Part shown: piece by piece, positions 53,031 to 64,000 of the stretch
Numbering within the stretch: the stretch's first letter is position 1
Layout: each line of letters opens with the position of its first letter
NCBI RefSeq assembly: GCF_018350175.1
Contig: NC_058368.1
Coordinates: 68,884,001 to 68,948,000, forward strand
Direction of reading: 5' to 3'
Source: Felis catus
Taxonomy: Eukaryota
Length of the DNA: 64,000 nucleotides
Position numbers and translations under genes: made by a program
Notes under the pieces: generated by a model
What the model was told of the DNA's origin: nothing
Databases searched by the model: none
The model's input: only the letters and a program-made list of their open reading frames with translations

Positions 53031-53321
53031 TCCGTTGTATTTTATTTTGGAATTTAATTTTTAAAAACCCAAGCGTTTTCTTTTTTGTCATACAATGTCA
53101 ATAATTAAAGTCCATAATTTATTTAGATTACCTTAGTTTTTACCTAAAGTCCTTGTTTTGTTCCAGAATCCCAATCCAGGATGTTACGTTACATATAGTT
53201 TTCATGTCTCTTTAGGTTCATCTTGGCTGTGAGAGTTTTTCAGGCTTTTCTTATTTTTAAGAAGCACTGGTCAGTTAAATTGTAGCATGCCTCTCTTTTT
53301 AAAAAAATTCCGTTTATTTCA

Positions 53322-53478
53322 GGGCATCTGGGTGGCTCAGTGAGTTGGGCATTCAACTCTTGATTTCAGATCAGGTCATGATTTGTTAGCTTGAGCCCTG
53401 CGTCTGGCTTGTGCTGGTGGTGTGGAACCTGCTTGGGATGCTCTCTTTCTTCTCCTTCCCACTTGCATGTGCTCACTT

Positions 53479-53518
<40 letters not shown>

Positions 53519-53545
53519 CCCCCAAAATAAGTAAAAATGAAATAA
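53322..53545 (+). mobile_element. Can-SINE (diverged)
   Basis: Head gggcatctgggtggctcag, (CT)n and A tail. Confidence 0.88.
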
Positions 53546-53579
53546 AAAATTCAATTTATTTAAACTAAAACAAAAACAG

Positions 53580-53920
53580 TTCACCCAGTTCTCCTACCTC
53601 CCAACTCACCACTTCTGGCACCCACCAATCTGTTCTTTGCATCTGTGAGCTTGTTTAAGTTTTGTTTTAATTCCATATATAGGAGAGATCCTATGGTATT
53701 TGTCTCGGACTTATTTCACTTAGCATAATACCCTCAACATCCATGTTGTCACAAAGGCCAGATTTTATCCTTTTTAATGGGTGGATAATATTCCCACTGC
53801 AGATATATGCTACATTTTTTTTAATCCATTCATCCATTGATAGACACTTGTATCCATGTCTTGGCTACTATAAATAATGCTACAATGAACATGGGAATTC
53901 AGATATCTTTTTGAGTTACT
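53580..53920 (-). mobile_element. L1 3' fragment (L1MA/L1_Carn-like)
   Basis: gacttatttcacttagcataataccctc...atccattcatccattgatagacact...aatgctacaatgaacat. Confidence 0.85.
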
Positions 53921-54199
53921 GTTTTAATTTTCTGCTGTGGGGCTTGAACCCTTCACTACTTAGGAAAAAGCTCTGGGTTTTGAGTTCCCTCCTACTTGTG
54001 GGACACTGTGCCAGGTACGGGGCTTATTCGAGAGATTGTGTTCCAGCCTCTCCTGCTCATTTCAGTGTGGTTTTCTTCTCATTTGCCCAATTTGTAGTCA
54101 TCACTCAGCCAGCCTTTAGGTTTTTTTAAGAGAGGATTTTTCTGCATGTCGCTATAGACTCAGCATGTCCATGAGAGAAGGTTAAGTTCAGGAATTTCC

Positions 54200-54474
54200 T
54201 ATATCTTTTCTAGTATACACATTAAAGCTCTAAATTTCCATCAAAGAACCACTTTGTTGTATCTCACAAGTTCTGATAGATGGTATTTTCATTATCACTA
54301 GGTTCCAAGTGTTTTTAAATTTCTTTTTAACCCATGAGTTACTTAGGATTATGAGTTTTTAAATTTCTGAATATATGGTTCTTCGTCTGTCTTATTTTTA
54401 AAGTTCTAATGTAATTATGAATTCAGAGACTGAATGATACCTTTTTTTAAATATATCTTTTTAATGTTTTTATT

Positions 54475-54523
<49 letters not shown>

Positions 54524-55730
54524 AGGGGGAGGGACAGAGAGAATTTGAAGCAGGCTTCAGGCTCTGAGCTGTCAGCACAGAGCCTGACACGGGGCTCAAA
54601 CTCACGAACTGAGAGATCATGACCTGCACCAAAGTCGGATGCTTAACCGACTGTGCCACTCAGGCGCCCCTGAATGATATCTATTCTTATAAATGTATTA
54701 AGATTTTCTTATGATCCAGCATATGATCAATTTTTGCAAATGTTCTGTAGGTGCTCAGAAACAAATATGTATGCTCTAATCATAGGTTACATTTTTCTGT
54801 ATATGTCTGCTAGTTCAATTTTATTAATTCAAACCTTTGGTATCCCTGTAGTTTTTGTCTGCTTGAGTTATCAGTAATTGAGAGAGAAAGATGCACTGTA
54901 AGAGGGGTTTATCCACTGTTTTCAACATGGGCCTCTGTGTGGCAATATTCTGAGATTCTGAGGCCTTCTATGCCTATTATATTTGTACCTTATTCTCACA
55001 CCTGAATGTCACTTTGGCTGAATATTACACTTTGGTTTCTAAATCTCTTCTCTGTTCAATATTTTAAAAACCTTACTCCACTGTTCTTCTTGCTTCTAAT
55101 GCTGCTATTCAAAAGTCTGATGTTTAATCTGATGTTAATCTTTCATACTGTTAAAATTCTAAACATTTTCTGTCTTGGATATCCCAAATTTCACTATAAT
55201 ATGTGTAGGTGTAGGTTTTCCAGATCACTTTCCTTTGAAACTCCAGGTTGAAACTTCAACCTGAGGTGTTTTATCTGTTTATCCACCCATTCATTCATGG
55301 GAAATTTCCCATTATCATTTCTCTAAGAAGTCATTTTTTGGGAGAATTCCTATTATCTGTATGCTGCCACTTCTGTTTTCCATCTCTCGATTATTCTTTT
55401 TTCTATTTCTTTGAACTTCTGTTTCTCCTTCTGTGAGATGACCTCAATCTGGTTTTCCAGTTCATTCCTGTGTTCCTTAATGGTGTCCCTTCTGCCATCT
55501 TATCCTCTCTCTCTTGCTCTTTATTTCAACGATTATATATTCCATTTGCAGTATGTCCACTTGGTTCCTTTTATGTGTCTTTGTTTTCATAAGTCTCCCA
55601 TTATCCCTTATCTTTTTTAGCATGTTTATTGGATTAATTTTAAATGCTCGGTCCATTTTAATGTTTGTGCTTCTGATGGCATCTATAATCTTTTTCTCCT
55701 TTGAAATAGTTGTACTTCTCAAAATACCTT
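54200..55730 (-). mobile_element. Old L1M fragments
   Basis: T-rich degraded L1-like sequence (gtatctcacaagttctgatagatggtattttcattatca). Confidence 0.6.
54457..54670 (-). mobile_element. SINEC_Fc
   Basis: TSD CTGAATGATA at 54430-54439 and 54670-54679. Confidence 0.92.
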
Positions 55731-55772
55731 GTCATGGGCATTCACTTCCCTCTGCAAAAGCATATGAGGACA

Positions 55773-55861
55773 TAGGGTGACCCACTAGGGTTCAGGGAGG
55801 CTTTGCAGGCTGCTGGACTAAAACTAGGACCATCCCAGGTAAACCAAATGGTTGATCACCT
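55773..55861. mobile_element. MER81-like MITE remnant
   Basis: Terminal inverted ends tagggtgacc ... gatcacct. Confidence 0.5.
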
Positions 55862-56816
55862 TTCCAGAACCCATTCTGAGTCACTTAATAAATAAACTCT
55901 AGAGCAGAGAACCCCAAGTCCAAGCAAATCACAGCTGATCGCTCTTTAGGTCTAGAGATCATCTTCTGCTTCCCCTGAGAGGAGAGAGGGAACAGTCCTG
56001 AGGGTGCAGTTCACAAGTCCCGGGAAGGAAGAGCACAACGTGTGGGCCGGCAAATGCTCCAAGTTGGTTAGGACCTAAGAGTTTCTTGGCTCCTGACAAG
56101 CAGAGGGCTTCTGTGTGGCCCTGATTTTCCCCTTGAGTCCGTTTGGGCCAGAGCTCTGGGTCACCACACGTGTTGGGGCAGGCACTGATTTTCCCAGTGA
56201 GTGAGAAGCACAAGCACAAGTGTTCTTTTCCTATTTGATTCTCCTGTGGGGTGGCTGGCTGCTCATTACTGGCGCCTGAACCACCACCCTCTTCTCCCAG
56301 TCCCTTGACCAAACAGCTCCCTCAAATCCTCTCATCACCTCTTCGTTTTCTTCACTTGAGGAAGAGCTTCCATGACTTTGCAGGAAGGAGCAGTAATAAT
56401 GTTATAATGTTAGTTCAGCATCTTGGAGTCACATAATTTGTATGATGGCTCCTAATCATTTTTACACTCTTTATTAAAAAATGAAAAGCTTCTTGGACAT
56501 GTAGGACATGCTCTGGCAATGGCAAAGCACAATAATTATTCACTGCATTATTATAAACAATATCGAGAAATGTTCATACGCCTATTGTAGCCTAATTTTT
56601 AAGAAATATTCTTATATTTGTACAGAAAATAGCATTAGAAAAATTGCGACAACCATATTGACCAGACACCACAGAAAATCTGGCAAGCTTCTGATTTTTG
56701 TTACAAGTATTTATTATTGTTGCTATACTATTATATTTGGCACATCAATGTGTTTTTTTTTTTAATTTCCAAAATGCGTCACTAATCTGTAACTTATTAT
56801 TCCTTACAGCTTCTTT

Positions 56817-57044
56817 CTTTTTTTGATGTTTATTTTTGAGAGAGAGAGAGAGAGACAGAGAGAGAGACAGAGAGAGAGAACGAGAAGGGGAAGGGCAGAG
56901 AGAGCAAGACACGGAATCTGGAGGAGGCTCCAGGCTCCGAGCTGTCAGCACAGAGCCCGACACGGGGCTCGAACTCACGGACGGCAAGATCATGACCTGA
57001 GCTGAAGTTGGCTCAGTTAACTGACTGAGCCACCCAGGCGCCCC
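56817..57044 (-). mobile_element. SINEC_Fc
   Basis: 19-bp TSD TATTCCTTACAGCTTCTTT at 56798-56816 and 57045-57063. Confidence 0.95.
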
Positions 57045-58229
57045 TATTCCTTACAGCTTCTTTAGTGAAAAGACTTTTCTATGGTAAGGTACAAAAAGGC
57101 ACTCTAGGAAAACATTTTAAATTACATTATTTACCTAAAAGACTATCTTTATATATTACTGGTCCATTGAAATTTTTCTTTTCAATCAAACTCCATTCAT
57201 TTTTACATAAAGCACGCCAGTAACAGCTACATGAAAAAATACCCATAAGCAAAAACTGTGTTGCTGTCTTCATTTTTTGCTACTCCTCATTTTTCCTTCT
57301 ACTTCTATTTGTGAAAGTTTGAATTCCACCTTCTTGATGCCCTCAAGTCCGTAATTACTCTTATGACATTTATTTCATGATGCCCACAGTATAAATTATT
57401 CATCATTTTGAATAACGCCTTAACTTCTTGAAACCTACCCCTGTACTTTCTTTTTCTTCTGTATTATTTTTTCCTGCATTATTTTTATACCTTTTGTAAT
57501 CTTGCCTTGAGACTTCTAGCTTCTGATTCTTCCCCCCTGATAGTTAGTTGTCCCTAGAATGGCATTGCTATAGAGAATTAAAGAATCCGGTGATTCTGTA
57601 TTTACCTTATTTTGCTCCTACATCATTCTGCTTTCTTCCTTTGCTCACGGCTCCTTGCACCTAGAGTGCTCCCTTCTGCCCAATCTTGTCTTTTCTGTGG
57701 CTAGTTCCGTCAAAGCCTGGCTCCAAATTCATTTCCTTCAGACAGATTTCCATAATTAAAACCCACTTCAGTTTATTCCTCTTTCTCTTGGCCTCTAAGA
57801 ATTCATATATATAAACTACACATAATATCATGTCCTTGAAAGTGTATGTTTTTATAATTTTATTCAGTTATGTGGTTATATATTTTCTGATATTTTATTA
57901 TTTATATTATTGCATCCTTGCAATCTCTAATTTTTTCTTATTAGCATGAATTGTAAGCTCTTATTATGTAATGTAAGTGTGCGATCAGTTGTTCAACATC
58001 AGTCTCTTCTGTTTATGATGTCTATAACTACGAGCTCGTTTGGATAATTGTCTATTTTTGTATCCCCAGAACCTACAAAATATACATACTAAGTGCTCAA
58101 TTAATGCCCTAATGTCTTTGAAATACCATTCAGGATATACATAGAATGAAAGTGCTCACAAGTGCTTGCTGATTTTTTTAAATACATTTTGTCTCGAAAC
58201 TCTCACACTTTCTATAAGAGTTGGGACAT

Positions 58230-58700
58230 ATTTGACTCCAAGATGGAGAAAACATAACAGACTTTAACACAGACTTAAACCAAAGGATGCTGGCTGTGTA
58301 CTTAGTTAACAAGTTCAAAGGTGGGCATTTCCAGCATTGGTATGACAGTTCAGTGTTGTCTTCCAGGGCCTGGATTCTTCCCCACCTTCCTCACCATCCA
58401 AAGCTTGCTGGGTTTCAACCTCAGCCATAAGGCATCATTGCCCAAAGACGGCAGCCACAGTCTCTTATTTCAATGTACAAGGCAGGAAGGGGGAGTGACA
58501 TCAAAACAATGGGGATGTCTACTCATTCTTGTCAGAATCCCAGGAATCCCCCAGCTCTTCCCGTTCTAATGACTTCTTCCCGCTATAATGAGAACCAAGT
58601 CATGTGCCTACTTGTGGACTAACTATGGGGCAGAGAGGAAAGGACTGCCATTAACGATCAATCCTGTTTCATCCCATGTTTTTCAGCCAAAAGAAAGGGA
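58230..58700. mobile_element. MLT1-like LTR remnant
   Basis: Motifs cttagttaacaagttcaaaggtgggc, cccaaagacggcagcca and gaaccaagtcatgtgcctac. Confidence 0.45.
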
Positions 58701-60270
58701 AACTGCTGGGGATGCAAGCAACACCAGGTTTCCTCTTTGGCCGTGTTAAGTAAACCACACTGAAGCTCTATTTTCCTCCAAACATTCAAGCTTTTAGGAT
58801 TCTCCGAGCTTTTTCTTTTTATTTCCTATATCTTAATCATTAAGCCATTTCCTTCAGCAACACTATCTCGACCAAAAGGTTTTTTCATTGACTTGTTTAC
58901 ATCCTCATTTAATTTCTGCCTTCAGTTCTTTCTTTTCAAAACCACTAAAACACATCACATTTTTAAAAAAGAAACATTTTTTTTTTGCTCCTTCCTTTCC
59001 ACTGTTTATATATATATATTTCTGTTTCTCAACTGTATTAGGAGCCTCAGAGGCCATGAAAATGTCTTCTGCTCTCTTTATAACTGCCAGCCTGCATTTC
59101 ATAGGTGCAAAATAGACTTCACTTGTCCTTCCCCTTTATGGTTAATCACATATATGCAGGCTTTAATAGGAAGCAATAAGCATTGGGGTTTCACAGACAA
59201 GAAGCACTATTATTGCAAACGTCCTCTTCCAACTTGTTTACATTAAATTCTTTGCATACTTGCTTCTTGCTCTAGTTAGAAAGTCCCAGAACACGGTGTA
59301 TTTCCCACCTCATCCCACCTTTTCCAACATCTTTCACAGAAGCCAAGGAAGGAGCTAGGTTTCCATGGTAACACAAGTGTGACAGTTGAGGCTATCTGGG
59401 CATAGGTGAGATAACTCTCAGATTTAGTGGGGAGAAATGAAGTTTTCCTTTTTTTTTTTTTCTCTCCCAGCAATGTCCTTCTGAAGCTAAAGAGACCCTA
59501 AAGTGTCAGTATACAGTGTTTTCACTAACATACAGATTTATAGCTCTTGGAGAAAATTCAATTTCATTGTATCTCATTTCTATTTTGTCTTTCCCACAAA
59601 CAAATGAATGGAGACATAAGTTTTTATTTCCAAAATCACTGTCAGAATAGATAGTTCATGCTGGCATAAAAATGAACACGATTAAGGAATCAGGAGACAG
59701 ATACCCATCTCCAAACCAGATCTTCAAAATTCTCTACACGTTCTGACATCCTTTCCTATGGCAGCTAATCCTTCAGCCAGTATTTCACATACGGCCTCAA
59801 ATTAGGTAAGTGCCACCACATATAAGGCAGAATAGAAAAGGAAATATGCCCTACTTATCATGTTTCTTTTGCCTCTTAGTGGTCAAAAACCCGCCTTTAA
59901 GGCAACATTGAGAATAGATATCGAGAATGAATATCAAATGAATATGAATTCATCAAGAATGAATATCGAACATCAACATGAGAAATATAAATGAGGCTCC
60001 ATTCTGTATACCTCTCCTTATCAAGAAAAGTCAGCAGTAATGAAAGGTCAGGGAAAACAGCCTGAAAAATGTCAAAAAGCTCTCCTATTCTTTATTATGC
60101 TAAGTGGAGTGGCTAGAGAGCCCACTCACTATTTTTTGTGTGTGACAACTTCTATCAGATGCACAACAGTCTAGAGCTTCTCAACTTCTCGCGACCTGGG
60201 AAGTGAAAAAACTGCTTAAGATTACATTCTTGATCCACAATCCCAATGGAAATTTCTAAAAAAATAATAC

Positions 60271-60439
<169 letters not shown>

Positions 60440-61859
60440 CGAACTGCCACTGGATCTTTTTTTGCTTGCAAAGTAAATGATTTTTCAATTCCACTGTAAT
60501 TAAGGTACTACACGGGTTGTAATGCTCTATACAAAGAAAGTTTGATGCTTCTTGGCTCCATTTAACCCTCAAAAAGCCTAGGAACTTATCACCATGATGC
60601 ACAATTTGGATCTTAAAGAGACAGTCTGTCTTTGCTCTTAAAAGAAGTGTGGCTGTTACTAAGCTAAAGTAATCTCAAATAAGCATACAAGTTTCACACA
60701 AAACATGAGACTTGTAAAAAGCTAGGTGCACACCGCATTTATAAACATCTTCTTGAAATATCCCTGCCAAAAAGCTCAGATATAATGCATCCATGTGAGC
60801 TCCTTTCATTTTAATTCACTTTTCCACACTACTAGTTTAGAATTCTCTTTAGTTTCGATGCTCTTAAAACGTTCCTCTGATTCTTAGTTCTTTTGCAGTT
60901 TGCTTTATCTGCAGATTCCATAGGCTCGGATATTACCTCTCATACTTTGACGATATTTAATCAAGAAATAAAGGCTGAGTTATATTTACTACACTTTTTG
61001 ACAGGACACTTGCCCTCAATTATTTTAAGCCAAAACTTGGTATATGTTATACTATAGCAAGATAATGCAAACTTAAGTTCTTCATTCTAATATAATGGAC
61101 GGACAGGGCAATAGAACACTGTTAAATCTGAGTACACTTTTGTAGTAGTTTGATAATTGGCAGAAAAGACGGTAAAGAAACACCTGGTTTTTCGAGAAAC
61201 TCAGACCAAAATCCTTTCTACATGATGACCTTGTAGGGAAGGGAAAGGGCGAAGAGGTATGCCACGACTAAACGTAAGAACTGCAGAAATTTATTATTCC
61301 CGAGAAATGTGATTTAGCAACTTATGGACGTAGACTAGTCTGAGAAGGACATAGTTTAAATCAAGTAAATCCAATAACCCATTATTACAAAATACAATCC
61401 AGGAGTACTTGGGAATATAACTTCTCCTAAATTTAACATTATGGGCGTGAGACACTGTAACATACAAGGCTACAAAGACCTAACGGTAAGTTTTAAAACT
61501 AAGTAGTTAAAAAAAAAAAAAGTTTCAGGAGGCACGCATGGAAGATCCGTGCCAACTGCTGCAGTACGTCTCCTTAAGTACCAGAAAATTTCTCACCCTA
61601 AAGACAAAAGTCCCTGTTTTCTCTATTCATCCCACGATTCAGCCCACATCGCTCAGCACCATTTCCAAGCCCATCACTTAGGCAGAATGCCAAGCAGACG
61701 ACGTTAAACGTCTGAATTCATCACTCTCGCCTGCAACACACCTTGCTCCTTGCCAGCACAGGGCACAGCGACCGGTCCCTCATCCTCCGACCCCCTCCCG
61801 GATCCCACCAGTGGCCCCGTCTCCATACCACCGGCTCTAGGTGGCAAGGGAATCGCGAA

Positions 61860-62095
61860 TCCTGGTTGGCTCAGATCGAGCCTCCGTCATTCGTCAGCTC
61901 ACCTACGATTGGTTGGCAGAGAGTGCTCAGGAACAAACGCCCAGCTTGGCCAGGCGAGGGGAGGTGAGTTGGTTGATCCTGCGAGTAGAGTTTTCCTCAT
62001 TGGCTGACGGGTGGGCATCACGTGGTATGAAGCGGCTCTCTATTGGCCGAGAATGGTACCATGGGGTACAGAAACGTGATCTGGTTGGTTGGAAT
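61860..62095. promoter_or_regulatory. Cluster of inverted CCAAT (NF-Y-type) boxes plus an E-box
   Basis: ATTGG at 61908, 61999 and 62042; variants at 61865, 61945, 61968, 62084 and 62088; CACGTG at 62019-62024. Confidence 0.6.
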
Positions 62096-62149
62096 GAATC
62101 CCAGCTTCCTACTAGGTGCCCCAGCTAGCTGTTGCTATGAGGTGGCCCT

Positions 62150-63660
62150 GGGCCTTCTTTTGCGGCTTGGAGCTCTGTTCTCCCGGTTTTCCAGGCGCCC
62201 GTAGCTGAGAGGGCGTGGGAAGAGCTCGACACCAGTCCGGCGCTGGAGAAGGGCGGGGCTAGGGGCGGTGGGCGGGACTCCGGCGACGTAACCGGGCGTG
62301 GGCCTGACTTCCGCGGAGTCGCCTTTGCCGCCTCGGGCAGTGGCTTTGGGGGCCTTATGTCCTCTCCTTCAGTGTTCTGATGCTTAAAAAAAGGCTCACT
62401 CCGTTGTATTTATCTGCGCCCTCTTAAAAAAGCTTCTCTTTATGTTTATACAGGAAAACACCGAAGCCCTCAGGGGTACAGAGAGACTGGGTGGTGTCAA
62501 GCAAAATCCCTAATACCTCCTTTTGGTCCTTGCCCGTTTCTTCTTTTCACTCTCAGCCTCAGGTTAAAGCCTGCAGACTGCTCTGGCCCCGCTAACATCT
62601 TGCCTCCGCCCCAATGCCAAGCGTGGGATTCTCAAGTTGACCAGGTTCCCGGCTCAGGCCGACGAACTACGCATGCTCAGTACGCAGGCCCTGGGGTTCG
62701 ACGGGGCGTGCGGGGTAAGGTGCTGTTGGGTGGCAGAGGAGGTTGTTTATCTAAGCGCGAGCCGAGGCTTCCGCACCGCGCAGTCTCCCGGGAGCGCGCG
62801 CGGCCGGTCGCCTAGGCGACGGGGAGCAGGGGCGGGGCTGCGCCGCGGAGCCCCGCCTCCTGCCGCCGGGCCCCGCCCCCGGCAGCGCTGCGGCTCCCGC
62901 TCGGGCGCGCGCTCCGGCGCCCGAGGAAGCGGCGGCGGCGGCGGGCGGGGAGCTGGGCGTGGAGGCGCGAGGGGCGGGGCGGGCGGGTGGCACTGCGGGC
63001 CCGCGGCTCGGGCGGCTCCGGTGGCTCCGGCGGCTCCCGCTCGCAGCTCGTGCTTAGTGCCTGCCGGCGCCCGCGGGCCGGATTGCCGCCCTGCTCGGCC
63101 CATGCCCAGGGCTACTGCTCCCTCCGCCGGCGCCCGGGGGGCCGCGGCGGCCGTGAGGTGGGGGCGGCCGCGGGAGGCGGCGGGGCCGGCCGCCGGCGCA
63201 GGGTCCGGGGGCGCAGCGCGGCGGGCGTAGGTCTATGTCGCGGGCGGCGGCGGCGGCGGCGGCCGCGGAGGGACGATGCGCGAGTACAAAGTGGTGGTGC
63301 TGGGCTCGGGCGGGGTCGGCAAATCCGCCCTGACCGTGCAGTTCGTGACCGGCACCTTCATCGAGAAATACGACCCCACCATCGAGGACTTCTACCGCAA
63401 GGAGATCGAGGTGGACTCGTCGCCGTCGGTGCTGGAGATCCTGGACACGGCGGGCACCGAGCAGTTCGCGTCCATGCGGGACCTGTACATCAAGAACGGC
63501 CAGGGCTTCATCCTCGTCTACAGCCTCGTCAACCAGCAGAGCTTCCAGGATATCAAGCCCATGCGGGACCAGATCATCCGAGTGAAGCGGTGAGAGGGCC
63601 GGGGGCGGGCAGGGGGCTTCGCGATGCGGCCGGCAGCCGACGTCCCGGGGCCAGTACTCC
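62150..63660. promoter_or_regulatory. RAP2A CpG island and GC-box promoter (densest 62750-63660)
   Basis: Very high GC and CpG content; GGGCGG boxes at ~62251-62277, ~62830 and ~62971-62988; ETS-like ACTTCCG near 62307. Confidence 0.88.
63276..63589 (+). CDS. RAP2A: RAP2A coding exon 1 (Ras-family GTPase Rap-2a, residues 1 to ~105)
   Basis: [20 protein letters not shown]...YDPTIEDFY...DTAGTEQF...DQIIRVKR: P-loop, switch I and the Rap-type DTAGT. Donor GCG|GTGAGA at 63590. RAP2B has an intronless CDS, and linkage to MBNL2 points to RAP2A. The track's TGA at 63591 is intronic. Confidence 0.96.
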
Positions 63661-64000
63661 CCAGTGCTCTGGGTGGCTGTGGGCAGGGGGAGCTGTCTAG
63701 GGAGATGGCTCTGGGGTCTCATGCTCTATAATAATATGTGGGGGGTTTGCCAGCATCACCACCACCATCATCTTGAATCTTAAATTTGAGTGCTTTGTTT
63801 CACAACTCAAATTTGGCATCCCGTGAACCCACAGCCCAGCTCTTTGTCTCTTGGATATTGTTAGTAGCACTTGTACAGAAACCCAAAGGAAACAAAGTTT
63901 AAAACTTGCAGGGGGAGAAAAGGGTTGGGCAGGTCTGTACTGGGAAGAGGGGAGCTGTGCAGACAAAATGTGGAGACATTTTCAGATTGAGCAACAACAA
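63590..64000 (+). other. RAP2A: Start of RAP2A intron 1
   Basis: GT donor at 63590-63591 followed by loss of Rap2 coding sequence. Confidence 0.9.

Noticed and set aside
5868..57005. Recurring short ORFs with motifs such as AQVMISQF...GSVLTAQSLEP and ERERER
   Set aside because: Translations of Can-SINEs and (GA)n tracts, not a gene family.
62021..62046. ER-stress element (CCAAT-N9-CCACG) on the minus strand
   Set aside because: The spacing is 16 nt, not 9.
63276..63593. A complete 105-aa truncated Rap2 protein or pseudogene
   Set aside because: The stop lies inside the GTGAGA splice donor; this is a normal first coding exon in a CpG island.
62600..63722. Long ORFs of 118-237 aa on both strands over the RAP2A island
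   Set aside because: Low-complexity Arg/Gly/Ala/Pro frames expected in very GC-rich DNA, or shadow frames of the real RAP2A exon.

Overview
Mammalian nuclear DNA from a felid (cat family), judged by about 24 tRNA-derived Can-SINEs of the SINEC_Fc type and a young carnivore L1 3' end. The window runs from the last intron of MBNL2 (1-17243) through its dual-frame terminal exon and ~2.7 kb 3'UTR (17244-~20030), across ~42 kb of repeat-rich intergenic DNA, into the promoter, CpG island, 5'UTR, first coding exon (63276-63589) and first intron of RAP2A. Both genes are on the + strand. I recognise no other ORF in the track as a gene; most are chance frames or repeat-derived. I see no novel multi-gene system. 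The best leads are: a candidate 49-nt frame-switching cassette exon or alternative acceptor just upstream of the MBNL2 last exon; a hairpin-bounded, CpG-retaining ancient element resembling a non-autonomous Helitron/Helentron; an inverted (fold-back) copy of the target site at an L1 5' junction; a periodic CCAAT-box array with splice sites upstream of the RAP2A island; and two RAP2A uORFs. Gene and repeat-family names come from recall, not database searches, and repeat boundaries are approximate.
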